A stretch of 62,799 bases of DNA, filler included, from Globobulimina sp. (taxonomy: Eukaryota), in the NCBI GenBank assembly GCA_003354225.1. It is 13 parts of 13 records of this genome, joined end to end, with 100 filler letters (N's around TTAATTAATTAA, not from the genome) between each part and the next. Parts side by side here need not be neighbours in the genome. Positions count along the whole stretch, not along the records: positions 43,561 to 48,296 come from PIVH01000965.1; positions 48,397 to 53,131 come from PIVH01000966.1; positions 53,232 to 57,966 come from PIVH01000967.1; positions 58,067 to 62,799 come from PIVH01000968.1; 9 more parts are not named here. The stretch is one strand, 5' to 3'. The notes under the pieces were generated by a model that saw only the letters and a list, made by a program, of their open reading frames with translations, did not search any database and was not told the origin of the DNA. A program made the position numbers and the translations under genes. This document shows positions 45,472 to 58,338 of the stretch, one piece after another. Numbering within the stretch: the first letter of the stretch is position 1; each line of letters begins with the position of its first letter.

Positions 45472-47752
45472 ATGAGTGAGGCAACTCTGTCGTTATGGGA
45501 CACTGCGGGACAAGTTACTTTTTACATACTGTAATAGGTAAACTGTAAACATACTCTGCGTCACTTTCAGGAGAGATTCCATGCACTGTCACAAATCTTT
45601 TACCGTGGTGCAAATGGTGCAGTCCTGGTTTATGATATAACAAATGCAAAATCATTCGAAAAAATTGAATTTTGGTATAAAGAATTAATAAAAATAAGTG
45701 GAAAGTCTGTGAGTGTCATAATTGTTGGCAATAAAATCGACCTCCGACAGATACAACAAGTTCGTGATGCCGATGCTAAAGAATTTGCAAAAAATATTAA
45801 TGCAAATATTGTGTTTGCAAGTGCTAAAACTGGGCAATTTGTTGATGAATTATTCGAGCAGTTAACCCAAGATATGATAAGAAATCCAATCAACCATGGA
45901 AATAGATTTAAAGTTATATTGTTAGGCGAAGGTCGTGTTGGTAAAACATCACTATTACACAGGTTTTGTTATATTTTCTTTCTTCATTCAACGGACAGAA
46001 ACTATAAAACAAATATTCAGATATAATAACAACACATTTAGTGAGTACCAAGAATCAACCATTGGTGCAGCATATATTGAAAAACGTGTAGCAATATCTG
46101 GACAAAACACCATTGGACTTTCAATTGGAGGGTCCAAAGATGTTAATAATTTCAGACAGTGTGTTCAACAAAATATTATGCCGTCTGTCAGTGCTATGAC
46201 ATATAATGGATTATTTTATGATTATTACTTCGATACAATGAGTCACCGACAATATGAGAATGAAGAAAAGAAAGAAAATGATAGTTATGGCGGTGAATGT
46301 GATGATGGATCGATGTTATTTTATCCTTCATATTGCTGTGCAAAAACTAAAGCGTTACACATTGATTATGATAAGAAAGAGGAGAATGTGGATGAATATT
46401 ATCTGACTGTTGGCTTAAACAGCAATATAAAACAAGATGCGTTTAAACGGAAACATTTGAATCTGGTGGTTTTATTGGACAAAAGCGGCTCAATGAACAG
46501 CAAATTGGATGATGCATTTGATCCCTTTTCCACTGCAAAAAATAAGATGGAAGTTGCCAATGAAGCGGTAATTTCATTGCTGACACATTTAACACAGAAT
46601 GATCGCATTGCGTTGGTAGCGTTTGATAGCACTGCTAATATTAAACAAGACTTACAAAGTGTGGGAGATGTTAAAATGAATGAATTAATAAATACAATTC
46701 ACAGTATTACAGCTGGCGGAGGCACAGACTTTGCCGTTGGATTCGAAAAAGCAGCTGATTTATTTGCATTACTTTGTAAAAATGACAACTATGAAAATAG
46801 AATAGTTCTGATAACAGATGCTTGTCCAAATGGAGCTTCCTGCAATGGATCAACATTACTATCAAAGGTATCGCAATATAGTGAAGAATGTGTGTTTCAA
46901 TGTGGTCGGATTTATACCAGTTTCATTGGAGTTGGCTTGGATTTCAATGCATCATTAATTGAAAAAATATCACAAACGCGAGGCTGTAATTATTTTGCAG
47001 TTAAGTCGACGAAAGATTTTATGAAAACTATGGATGATGAATTTGATTATATGGTGACTCCATTGGTGTTTAATGTATGCTTAAAATTAATTTGTGAGGG
47101 AAATGCATATAAAATTGATAAAGTATATGGGTCCAATCCTTCATTACAAAATGGTGAACTCACCAAAATTCACACATTGTTCGCAGCAAAGAAATCAAAG
47201 AGCAATGGGGAAAGCAAAGGTGGTGTACAGTTAATAAAGTTGAAAAAAGTCAGTGGTGAACAGTGTAAATATAATACGACAATGAATGGCAAAGTCGAGG
47301 TGACATTTGAAGACCGCAATGGTATGAAATATAGAAATACGCAAACAATTATCTTCCAACAAACAGAGCCCAAAATGCAATGTAATGACATGATTGAAGA
47401 TGATGATGATGAACAACATGATAATTGTTTTTATGATAATATCGGAATCCGAAAAGCCATTTTGCTCTCTAAATATGCAGAATTAATAATTGATTGGCTG
47501 CAAAATGAAAAACAAAATGCTGGATCAAAATTAATGGTATCACCAAAATATAATAAATTATTTACAAACTTTTTGGTTCATTTTAAAGAAGAAATGAAAA
47601 AGTGTAATGATAAAAGTCTAAAGCAAGAAATAGATATTCTGCATAAATTATTATCCATTGATGTTAAAGAGATAATTAAAAATGAATCGTATTATTCATA
47701 TATGAGTGGAGTTGTTGGTGGATTTAAATCAAAAATATCATCATGGTTTTAA
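45472..47752 (+). CDS. Circularly permuted Rab5/21-like GTPase fused to a vWA domain; 3 exons, 721 aa
   Basis: Exons 45472-45513, 45571-45962 and 46021-47752. Motif order: WDTAGQERFHAL (G3), GNKID (G4), SAK (G5), GEGRVGKTS (G1), QESTIGAA (G2), then vWA MIDAS DKSGS/GGT/ITD. Confidence 0.85.
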
Positions 47753-47936
47753 TCCATGTTATAAGTATTAAATAATTACAAAATGTGATTCTTTATGTTG
47801 TATTTATATCAAGCGTGCTTTGAATAACTTGAAGTTCACACTTGTAGAGTAGAGTGTCTATGCATATTGTTGTCAAGAACAGCAAGTGGAACCAAGACAT
47901 TACCCGCTTTAGCTGAGGTTTTCTGAGGGTATAAAA

Positions 47937-48296
47937 ATGAAAAACAATGTATTACGACTGGCTTTACTCGGACCTGCAGGAATTGGTAAGACAACATTTG
48001 CTAAAAAAATGGCGCAATATTGGGATATTCCTTGTGTTTGTAGTGGTGAATTAATTAGAAAGGAAGTTGTGAATAAAACAGGAATAGGAATGTTTATGTA
48101 AAGGAGAATTATTACCGGATGAAATATCCACAAATATTACATTTTAGATGGTACATATTGTTTCAAAAATGTATGCAAAGATTAACATGTTCAAATATAA
48201 AATGTAATGCAATTTACAATGACTTTCATATTCAAACTGATCACTGCAATTTAATTGCCTTAAAACCACTCAATGAGAATATTTGCGATTTATGCG
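47937..48296 (+). pseudogene. Adenylate kinase pseudogene with internal deletions and frameshifts
   Basis: LLGPAGIGKTT..SGELIR, then TAA at 48099. Fragments KGELLPDE, YILDG and the LID (RLTC..C..CDLC) follow with frame changes between them. Confidence 0.75.
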
Positions 48297-48396
48297 NNNN
48301 NNNNNNNNNNNNNNNNNNNNNNNNNNNNNNNNNNNNNNNNTTAATTAATTAANNNNNNNNNNNNNNNNNNNNNNNNNNNNNNNNNNNNNNNNNNNN

Positions 48397-48736
48397 TGTG
48401 AAGTATGTTTATATTTCTAACAATCCAATCCAAGGAGTTATTGATTTCAAGGCATGCAATGCTACTCTTACAATGACAGAGTACTTTATTATGAAAGGAT
48501 GTAAATATGTAACAAGACTGGTAAACATACCCAATACATTACAATATCTTAACATTTTCAATTCAGGGATTACATCGCCAAATCAATTAGAATTTGAGAA
48601 TGGAATGGGATTAACACAAATTACAACCAATCGTAATCAAACAAAAGAGTGGGAAACGTTTTTGCGTGAAACTGGCAGAGAAGTGCGGGTTTCTGATCAT
48701 TATTATAATGATATGGTAAAGATATGTGTATTATAA
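48397..48736 (+). CDS. Leucine-rich repeat protein C-terminus, 5' partial
   Basis: YISNNPIQG and IPNTLQYLNIFNS are LRR-like units. Confidence 0.55.
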
Positions 48737-49127
48737 CTGTATATTGAATGAGTCTGTCTGTTAACAGTCCATTTGTTTTGAGGTCGACTACGATTGGTCG
48801 CGGCCTTTTGGTTATTTTTTCTTGTTCTTTGATCATTGAAATGTTGTCATTATCAATATTTTTTAGTTTACAATTCCAAATCAACGCTATTATTAATCAT
48901 TGCATTTAAAGAACGCAATAGGTCCGAAAACAACTCTTTTTGTACAGTTTTATTTTTGGAAAATTGGAAATTGACTTTTTTAAATGACAAAACTTGAATT
49001 ACTGGTTTGTGATTCTGGGATATCTAATGACATAGTAAAGATATGTGCAGTATATAACTGTTTTAATTGTTACCTAAACCCTTCTTATTAATAATTAAAA
49101 TAGAAAATAGAAAAAATTATTTAAAGT

Positions 49128-50603
49128 CTATTGATAAGTTCTACAAAGAATAAATGAGTATATTACAATGAGCAGAATTGTGGCAATCAGCCAACATCTA
49201 TTATTCGGTGGCATTTCTGGGAAAGAATCGCTTGGCATCGCCCTGTAAACCACGACAAACTCCAAAAATGTCATAAATAGCCACGACCAGCAAACTGTGC
49301 CAAATTTATAGACTTTTCCAGACCATGTTTTTGTTGTAATTCCTCTCATTCTCAGTATGGAGCCATAATAATATTCATCCAGACATCCTAAAGCCAAACA
49401 CGCCAAAATTACCCATCGTATCGCAACTAAAATGTGGTCGGTTGGCACCCAAAGCCATAATTTCAGTAAAAACGCATTCATTGTGATTGAGATGTCCCAT
49501 TGGAACGGAATGCAAAATATCACCCAAAAATATTCAAGAATCCATCCAAAATCCTCAAAATATTTCTTTTTTCTCGCTTTGGAATTAATATTCACAGATT
49601 TGGATTTGCCAAATAAACATCGCCTGTCATCACTTACATTGCAACCGAAGAATCTCAACGTTTTATATTTGATGTTTGTCCATGAAAACAAATATGAAAA
49701 CTCATAAACTGGCGGATCGAGCTTCAAATAGCAATTAAATTTACATTCAATTAATATTAATTTGCAATACTTTTCTTGTGCAAACACATAATTAATTTTA
49801 ATTTGACACAAGAAAAGTATTAGAAATCAACCTCCATTTTATTGGCGACAAATATTCCCAGTTCCAGACCGATGCCGTTACACAATAAGATATCTAAAAT
49901 AATTTGGTCCCACCAACACTCTGCAAAATTTGGTATAAAATAACAAGTTATGATCTCAAGGACCTCCCACAGAATTTGGCTGAACCACAATATTCCTCGA
50001 TTTCGGCAGACGATCCCCGCAAAAAACCAAGTCACCACATGACCGACCATAAAACGGTCACATTTATCCAGAATCACTTCGTAACTCAAAGTCCAGCACT
50101 CTGCAGAAACAGAAAAGAGCTAAGGATGTTTTGTGCGGTGGGATGGCGTATAAATGGATGGTACCTTCGGCGTACGACCTGGTCTCAATCGGTGTATTCA
50201 ATGAGCTGTCGAACATTGTCAATAAATGGCGAATGTCGCTTAAATTTGGTTGGATGCTTAATATGACTAAAAATAGAGTGTACCAAAGAGATAAAACATA
50301 AACAAATCGCCAGAAAAGAGGATGCGGATAATAGGTTGGCATATTTTCAATTTTGATTATAATATTACATAATGAGCCACAGCCAATAAATGTGGCGGAT
50401 GCTGCACAAACTAATAAGTGATTAAAATAAATAAAATATGGCAAGTTTCGATTGAATGACAATAAGCAATACGCAATGATTAGAAACGACGATATGGTGA
50501 GTGTTTGCAAGATTATATTGTCACTATCAAATACTTTTCGCTTTGTGGTGTTTTGATTGCGTGGTTTAATGTCGCTTTTTGGCAACGCAGTCTCTCGCGT
50601 CAT
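49128..50603 (-). CDS. PTDSS: Phosphatidylserine synthase (base-exchange PSS1/2 family); 3 exons
   Basis: PHPLFWR, RSYAE, WEVLE and PNFAECWWDQIILDILLCNGIG. Introns 50101-50164 and 49722-49831. Confidence 0.92.
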
Positions 50604-51024
50604 GCTCAAGTTTAATTTTGAAAACCTTTTTTTTGTTTTTTTTTGAACTGGTGGTCCTTCGCAATTAACTGGTGGTCCTTCGCAACTGACAGATACTCCT
50701 TCAAGTGTATTATCACCTGATTCCTTCCCGATTAAATGGATTATGTCAGAATGGATGGATCAAAATGGACAAAACAGACAAAACAGATGTATTCGATACA
50801 TGAGTTGTGCTAGAGATTGTGGTTTTTGTTGTAAAATATTAGGGATCGATCCGTTTGACACTAGCCATGGATTTCCAATCAGGTGTCAAAGTGGTTGGAT
50901 ATATAATACTCAAAAGAAAACAATAGAAAATACAAATTTTAAATATAACTGATTGTTGGGGTGTGTCTTCTCAATATGGCTTGGTAACTATGGATTGTAA
51001 ATCCAATATTGACAGTAGTCAACA

Positions 51025-51885
51025 ATGGCAACTATCCGCAGAAAATCAAATTATACATGTGTAGAAATCAAACTATCCGCAGAATCTGGCAAATGTGTAG
51101 AAATCACTGGTTCTGATGTACAAATTTCTGGTGATTTCTATGGCATTTCTATGATACTCAATGATTGTAAAGATATAATCAATCAACGATTTAGATTTGT
51201 CTCTGAAGATCCAGCAAATTCACCAAAATGTACAATGTATTCATCAAATCGACCAAATACACAATTACCGTCAGATAATCCATCAAATCAACCAAACACA
51301 CCATTACCATCTGATAATCCATCAGCTGAGCCATCGATTGCCACAAATATGCCCGCCAATGTTATCTGTATTGGCTATCATCGGGGACCAACTCAATTAA
51401 CCCGCCGAATGCCACTATTAAATCAAGTGGCACTTCCTTCTTCTTATGAAATTGAATTTGATTTCCATATTAATTCATGGTTTGATGATACCAGCTGGCC
51501 CGGCTTAATATGCCATTTCATCTTAAAAATAGGACCTGATCATTCGAGCCAAGGTTTTAATTTTGAAGGTGGTTATCCAGATGTAACAATTTGTGAGGGG
51601 CGAGGTGAGAATTTTTGGCAAATCAGAGTATGGCAACGCTATAAACAAAATGCAGAAATATCGTTCCCTGAAAATACAAAATTGTCAGCTGTAGGGGATC
51701 ATCATTTGCTTGTTTCAGTTGAACCAAACTCATTTAGTGTTACAATTGATGGAGAAACCAAAGAAATAAGCAAAGCTGATGCAAATATCCCACATGATTA
51801 TGAATATCCCATTTGGTTGGGGCATCCTTCGGGAACACCAGTTGACGGAATAATTTCTAATCTTTGCATGAGAAAAAAAGTTTAA
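51025..51885 (+). CDS. Hypothetical protein: ricin-B-like fragment, Pro-rich linker, lectin/LamG-like domain
   Basis: SGKCVEI..LNDC..NQRF, then PSDNPS repeats, then a beta-rich C-terminus. Confidence 0.5.
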   Translation: MATIRRKSNYTCVEIKLSAESGKCVEITGSDVQISGDFYGISMILNDCKDIINQRFRFVSEDPANSPKCTMYSSNRPNTQLPSDNPSNQPNTPLPSDNPSAEPSIATNMPANVICIGYHRGPTQLTRRMPLLNQVALPSSYEIEFDFHINSWFDDTSWPGLICHFILKIGPDHSSQGFNFEGGYPDVTICEGRGENFWQIRVWQRYKQNAEISFPENTKLSAVGDHHLLVSVEPNSFSVTIDGETKEISKADANIPHDYEYPIWLGHPSGTPVDGIISNLCMRKKV

Positions 51886-52030
51886 ATTGGATACCGCACA
51901 GACTTTTGCTGGCCACTGTCCTTTATTTGATTGATTTGTTTGTAATTTTTAAATTTGAGGGAAAATAATGACCCGAAAAAAAATAAAACCAAAATGAAAT
52001 TATTGCGATGAAATTAATTTTGGATATAAA

Positions 52031-52417
52031 TCATATAATTTCTTTAATTTCCCTCTTGAAAATTTTCCATTTTGTTTTGTGGTGATAGTGAATTGATGAT
52101 TTCTCTGTAATTTGTTGTTTTTGTGGTGATGTTGGTACAGAAGCTGTAGCTGAACATGTTTGAGTTAATCGTGATTTCGCCAGACTGTCTGTGTAAGATT
52201 TGAATACATTTTCGCTTTGGTTGTTGAATAATAGCTGGATTTTTTGAAAATTGACTGGGTTCAAATCATCGCTAATCTGAGAACAATCTGAGCCATTAAC
52301 ACTTTGTTGGTCATCCTCATCCTCATCGTCAATGAAAATATCACAGAATTCTCTATCAAGAAGTTGAAGCTGTTTTTGTTGCCATTCCACATCAAATCTA
52401 TTGATATTTGTTGCCAT
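52031..52417 (-). CDS. Short hypothetical protein
   Basis: 128-aa ATG-initiated ORF with no recognised motif. Confidence 0.4.
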   Translation of the reverse strand: MATNINRFDVEWQQKQLQLLDREFCDIFIDDEDEDDQQSVNGSDCSQISDDLNPVNFQKIQLLFNNQSENVFKSYTDSLAKSRLTQTCSATASVPTSPQKQQITEKSSIHYHHKTKWKIFKREIKEII

Positions 52418-52711
52418 TAAGCTGTGTATTCAACAGTTTACTCATAATATATTCATACTAATGCGCGAATGATGTAATTCCAGAAAACGAACGCATAATT
52501 ATATTACAGTATCTAACGGTGTCTAGATTTTACCAGTCAGTCATTAACCAGCTAACTAAAACTTAGTGAAAATGAAAAATGATGGCTGTCATCTAGACAA
52601 CTATTATCCCATAAAATAATCAATGGTATAAGAATTCAATTGTATGTTGTGTGATATTCTATAGTTTGCTTGCAATTTTGAATGATTTCTTTGTTTGTTA
52701 TTTGAAATTAA

Positions 52712-52768
52712 GGAATGTTGGTAAAAACAAAAGTTTGAAGTGATAGGACCTAAGTTTACCAACATTCC
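52712..52768. repeat. 14-bp perfect inverted repeat with a 29-nt spacer
   Basis: ggaatgttggtaaa (52712-52725) and tttaccaacattcc (52755-52768). Confidence 0.8.
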
Positions 52769-53231
52769 CTTATGGTATACACAAAAGGCCAGGAAATGAA
52801 CGACTATTTATGGAAATGTTCATATTTACAATATATTAAATTATTGTTTCTTTTTCTTTGTGATCTAAATCTTCTATTTCGGCAGATGTTTAGTTTTGAG
52901 TTGTTGAAAGCCCATAAATCTCAAATCCATAACAAGATATGATATAATAATAACCATTTGAATTCTTTCCTGTGATATATATTCTGAACATTCTATATGA
53001 TTTATTACAATTTGAAATGCTCCATGAATGCGATTGTTTTGCTGCAGTAATTGTTATATCATTTGTATGTTTTTTGGGAAGCTCCCAATTTGAGCCATCA
53101 ACACTTCCTTCAAACTGCCGATTACGAAGATNNNNNNNNNNNNNNNNNNNNNNNNNNNNNNNNNNNNNNNNNNNNTTAATTAATTAANNNNNNNNNNNNN
53201 NNNNNNNNNNNNNNNNNNNNNNNNNNNNNNN

Positions 53232-53970
53232 TGACAAATATGAAAATATTTTGGAGCACAATGATGTGACAAAGACCATGTTTATTAAAGCATGTACCGA
53301 CATCGGTGATATTCCAACAGCAAAAACACTCATTCTCAAAAACATTCATTTGGATAAACATAGCACCGAGTTTATAAATCAGTTAATTGATTTTTATGGG
53401 AAAATTGGCGAAGTTCATAAAGCACTGCACATATTTGACAAAATGCCAAAGGAAAAGAAAGATGTTGTTTCTATCAATTCAATGATGAGCTGTTTGATAC
53501 ATAATGACGAAAATAGCCAAGCAATGCGACTGTATCAACGCTACGATATGGAAAATAAAACAAATAATATTTCGCGTAAGTTGTATATCAAAGCATGTGT
53601 AAATAGCAAACAATACCAAAGCTGTGCCGAGTTGATTGACTCTATTCATTGCACTGTAAATTCTACAATGCAGACATCGCATAATTCACATATTAATCTG
53701 GAACTTGTTAACATTTTAATTCATTATTACGGAAATACCAATGATTATAAGAAGTGCAAAGAATTGGTTGATTTAATGATGAATGTTCCGCATAAATTAC
53801 ACCAACAAAGCATAGAATTTATTACTGTTTTTATTGATTTGTGCAACAAAACTGGTGATATTTTGTGTGCAGTGAATATATTTGACGGAATAAACGAAGA
53901 TAAACGAGATATTATCTGCATCGGTGCGATGATGAACTGTTGGATTAATAATAATGATTATAAACAAGTA
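53232..53970 (+). CDS. Pentatricopeptide-repeat (PPR-like) protein, 5' partial, interrupted at ~53970
   Basis: Repeats such as LIDFYGKIGEVHKALHIFDKM and DVVSINSMMSCL. The pattern stops abruptly mid-repeat. Confidence 0.8.
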
Positions 53971-54265
53971 ATCCATATAAATCTTACTTACTTACTTACT
54001 TGCATGCTTTCGTCTTTTTGTTTCTTAGATCTTTTTTTATTTACTTATATTACTGCTCCTATTGTTGCTCTCCTTATCTACTCTCAATTACGCCCAAGTG
54101 TATCATACCGTAATACGGTGATACTCTGCCACTTTTATCTCGATACCTTTATCTACGTTTTTATTATTTATTGTGACCTTAGCCTTTTTGTTAACCGAAT
54201 CGTTTTATTAAATTTACTTTTATATTTCTATCATTTTCGATATTTTACGTCTCATTGATATTAGA

Positions 54266-57200
54266 ATGAATCAAGATGACATTCCAGTTGATCCCGCTAC
54301 CGGTAGAATTTTGAAAGTCCCTTTTTGTGATGCCTGTGCCACTACATATAAAGGTGATATGTACACAAAAGAGACTACGTGGATTTGTGACACATGTCAT
54401 ATCCGGTATCCCTTTGCGTATCAACAGAGACCATTAGCAATAAATAAAAATAAAGTTAAATATGGTGAAAGTATACAAAATCATGCACAACAACAACAAA
54501 CAAACGCGGAACAACACGTTAACGATGAACAACACGCAAACGATGAGAAATCTGCACCGAGCAACGTTGTTCCAGGTAACGATGGAAACATTGCACCCAG
54601 TCAGCACCAATTAGATCCCGCTCAGCAGGCACAACAACGGTCAGATAGTACTTCGCAACCATTGATTGCACACCGTATCCGTTTCCAGTCCCAGATCAAT
54701 GCTACACAACATATTATTCGCCGGTATGGCAAGCAATGTATTCAGTTTATTACCGATTCGCGGCAGCACGCATATTATCATTTGCCTTTGGATAAGAATG
54801 ATCTGTCAAATATCTCCCCGATATGCAAAGGTTTCATGTTTGTTAAAGGTCGTAAACGTGCTACGACTCGACTTTGGTATAAAAAAATCATGTTCGACCG
54901 TGCTGTCCTGAATAATGATTATCTCAAAACTATTCGGAATGAGAAACTGTTGGTAAGTTTTCAACATCATAATGCTGTGTCCATTGCGAATGATTCATAT
55001 TTCTCATCGTCATCCGACCCCGAGAGTGATCTGAAAATGATGGATCTACGTAGTAACGTTGCTGACAAGGTACAGCAGAACAAACCTTCGGGGAAACGTT
55101 TACGACATAAACCTAAACCTGCATCGCAATCAGCATTTAAACCGGATGATAATACAAATGATGATATTAATCCCCGTATTTTGGCGTATATGACGTCTTT
55201 TGATTATATTTATGCAAAAAATGGGTGGAATGGGCTTCGTGACATCCTTAGCTTTGGTTATCGTGACATTAATATGCATTGTAATCCGGATGATGTATCC
55301 GATAAATATCTCTTGTTTAAATATTATTGTTCCGATAAAATGTTTGAAGAACAACTCATTGATCTTTTTATCATTATTTATTGCTTGAATCGTGAAATTG
55401 CTTTGACACAAACAATGATTGCGGCAAATAATAGAGACCCGAAATGTATTGCTGATCATCATGAAATATGCCCCTTTTTCAATCCGTGGCGATCTGCGAA
55501 TGAGCGCCGAACGATTTATATTAAGCCGTCTCCCGTTGAATGTTGGCCTGGTTATTTAGCTTTGGGTAAACAGTTTCGTTTCAGAGTCATGGGAATAAAA
55601 CATGAAACAATGTATGTACGGCATCTCCCTCCGAGCCTAACAAAGTCCGATGCCAACAAAGCACGAATTGCGTATTGTTTATCTTTAATGACACAAAAAC
55701 AGTTTAGTATCAATGAAATTGCACTCTTAACTGGTAATTGGTTCCATAAACACATTGATATGTGTCAATATACTGCGGGTGACACGGCTTTGATTCTATA
55801 TCAGTGGCTGTACAATGATGACTTGATTCGGTCCTGGAATGATAGAGCCAATCTGTTTGTGGAGACGAAAGGAATTATTATCTGTGTTGCGCGATATCGA
55901 GTGATTGTGGTGGATGGCATTATGCGACGTTACATTCCCGACTCTGAAGCTCCGATGGGAGATGAGACCCGTTTGTATGAGCCCAATCAGATCGTTTTTG
56001 CTCATAATAATAAATATACTTTGACTGGGATTGATACGTTAAACATGCGAGATTCTGGGAAGAATTCAAACTTTCAATCTGTGAATGAACGCTCTTTGTA
56101 TCACATTGATTCTTTAGAGCAAAATTTTTGTGTGGCAACAAAATTTGATTTAGCAAAGCATCCGGAGTTTGTTTTGAGTCATAATGCACGAAATCGCTCG
56201 CATACAAACGTTGATTGGCACCCACATCGCATTAAAATCTTTAAAAGGGAGATTGAGGCAAATGGCTCCATGTTATATCGCATTGATATTTTTTACAGTG
56301 GTTTGGTTACGTGCAAAATAGGACGGTTTAAATCATGCCAACAGTGGTGTGGTACTGATGTAGTCCTTTTTGATCATCATTACCCAACCAATGATCATGA
56401 ATTGCATAGATATGTACCGACCGACCATCGTTATATTGAGTTTTTCAATAATAAACTCACAAATTATCTCGCAGAGATCGCTGGATTGCGAGTAGGAACC
56501 AAAGCAATTAATAATATTCCGTTTGCGGAGCAGCTATGTAATCCCATCGCATTGAAATCTATCCCCAAACAACAGCAAAGACGTAATAATCGCAAGCAAT
56601 CTGTCCCCAGCAAACGATTTGTATCTTCGAAGCTGAAATATATTCATAATGCACAATCAATTAATATTAATTATAAAAATCGTGGGACATACAATCAATA
56701 TCAGAATCAGAATCAGAATCGCAATTTGGCGGCGTTTGTACCTTCCGATCAAGCACGGGGACAGAAACGCAGTTTGTTACAGACGCAGACAGTCCCATCT
56801 CCAATACGTAAAACCTATGTCGCTGCGCTCAAAGCTGACTCTGCACCGCTCGTACCTGGTAATGTTGAGACGCGTGGAGCTGTTTTGAAGGTAAATAGCT
56901 CTCGTTTTGCAAGGAAGCATGTGATAAATGTACCTGACAGACCAGTTTCGACTGCGGTACGCTCTGTGACGCATAATACCGAGATTAAGGTAGATATGTC
57001 GGATAATGCTGATGTTGCACCCCCTATGATCTCTGGCGTGCAGAACCCGATATATATTCGAAATAAACCACATATTCGTAAGAATTTACTATTTTTACAG
57101 TCAATGCCAGATACAGCCCTTAATGTAGATGACTTTGTAGGCACTGATATCTTTGTTCACAGCCCAATTAATCCTGTGACAAATGATTATGTTAAATTTG

Positions 57201-57966
57201 ACCCATTGTATGGTCATGAAGGCCGTGTTATTGATAATGGCGATTTGTTTCATGCCGCTATGATTGTGCAGCATTACATGGATATTCGTCATTTTGTAGC
57301 AGGCTATCAACGAATGGAAGTATTCTGGCGCAAATTTAATAAGGATCCGTATCAAACAGTTGCTAACATCGTCGATATTCGTCGGCTTGGCATACCGTTT
57401 ACTAACGCCTTTTTAATCGATAATATTGGTTATTTGCTATGGCGCGAAGACTATCCCATTATGAATTGGACTAAATTGTTTTCTATGGCGACAGTACGGG
57501 AATACACAGCTGCTATGTATCAGCATCGCCATTATATGCCACCAAAGCTACGTAGCCGTGCTTTTGATGACTATGCGATTGAACAGAAACAGTATACTAT
57601 GACCCATGACGCTGTACAACCTGTCATAGATATTACAATTGATGACAGAAAGATGGAAAGTGTGGTACCTGCCATACCCTCCACAGTGAATACCAAACAA
57701 ACTGTGCTTGCTGCGGTTGATGATATAAAGCATGAGATAGTGAATAATGTGGCCGATGCAGATGATACGGATCTTTCTATGGATGATATCCAAAGCTTTG
57801 CACTTTGCTGTGATGTGTGTGGAAATTCTCAGTCGGTAGCCGTTGATTGCAATAAATGGATATGTGATTTGTGTGAATTTGCGAATGTGCGTATGATTGG
57901 CGATAAAAATGATATAATTACCGACCGTGTAAAAATGAGTCACCGCGTTGACCCACTTTTACACCA
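54266..57966 (+). CDS. Large intronless orphan ORF (>=1233 aa) with terminal Cys4 Zn-ribbon motifs, 3' partial; possible mobile-element ORF
   Basis: Open to the contig end. Has CDAC..WICDTC near the N-terminus and CDVC..WICDLC near the contig end. Confidence 0.75.
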
Positions 57967-58338
57967 NNNNNNNNNNNNNNNNNNNNNNNNNNNNNNNNNN
58001 NNNNNNNNNNTTAATTAATTAANNNNNNNNNNNNNNNNNNNNNNNNNNNNNNNNNNNNNNNNNNNNGAGCGAATGGCATGAGGGTTGGGTCGACACAACT
58101 TTCATGTCCTTGGCTCTGCGGGTAAAAACTGCTAATTGAGTCACAAATTCAAAAAGATTATTTAAAAATTAGTTGGTTGTTACTTTAGGTCTCGTGGCGA
58201 AAATAGAAAACCAACGGATCAAAAAGGTCAGTGGTCTAGTCAAAATTTATTGTATTGAAATTGTTATTGAGCTGAGTATTGCACTCAAGCGCAATTTTGA
58301 AGACCATTCGACCACGACCACCCCTGTAGAAACAAAGG

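Noticed and set aside
4745-58066. Regularly spaced TTAATTAATTAA palindromes, and ORFs ending in X..LIN
   Set aside because: These are artificial six-frame-stop linkers between contigs.
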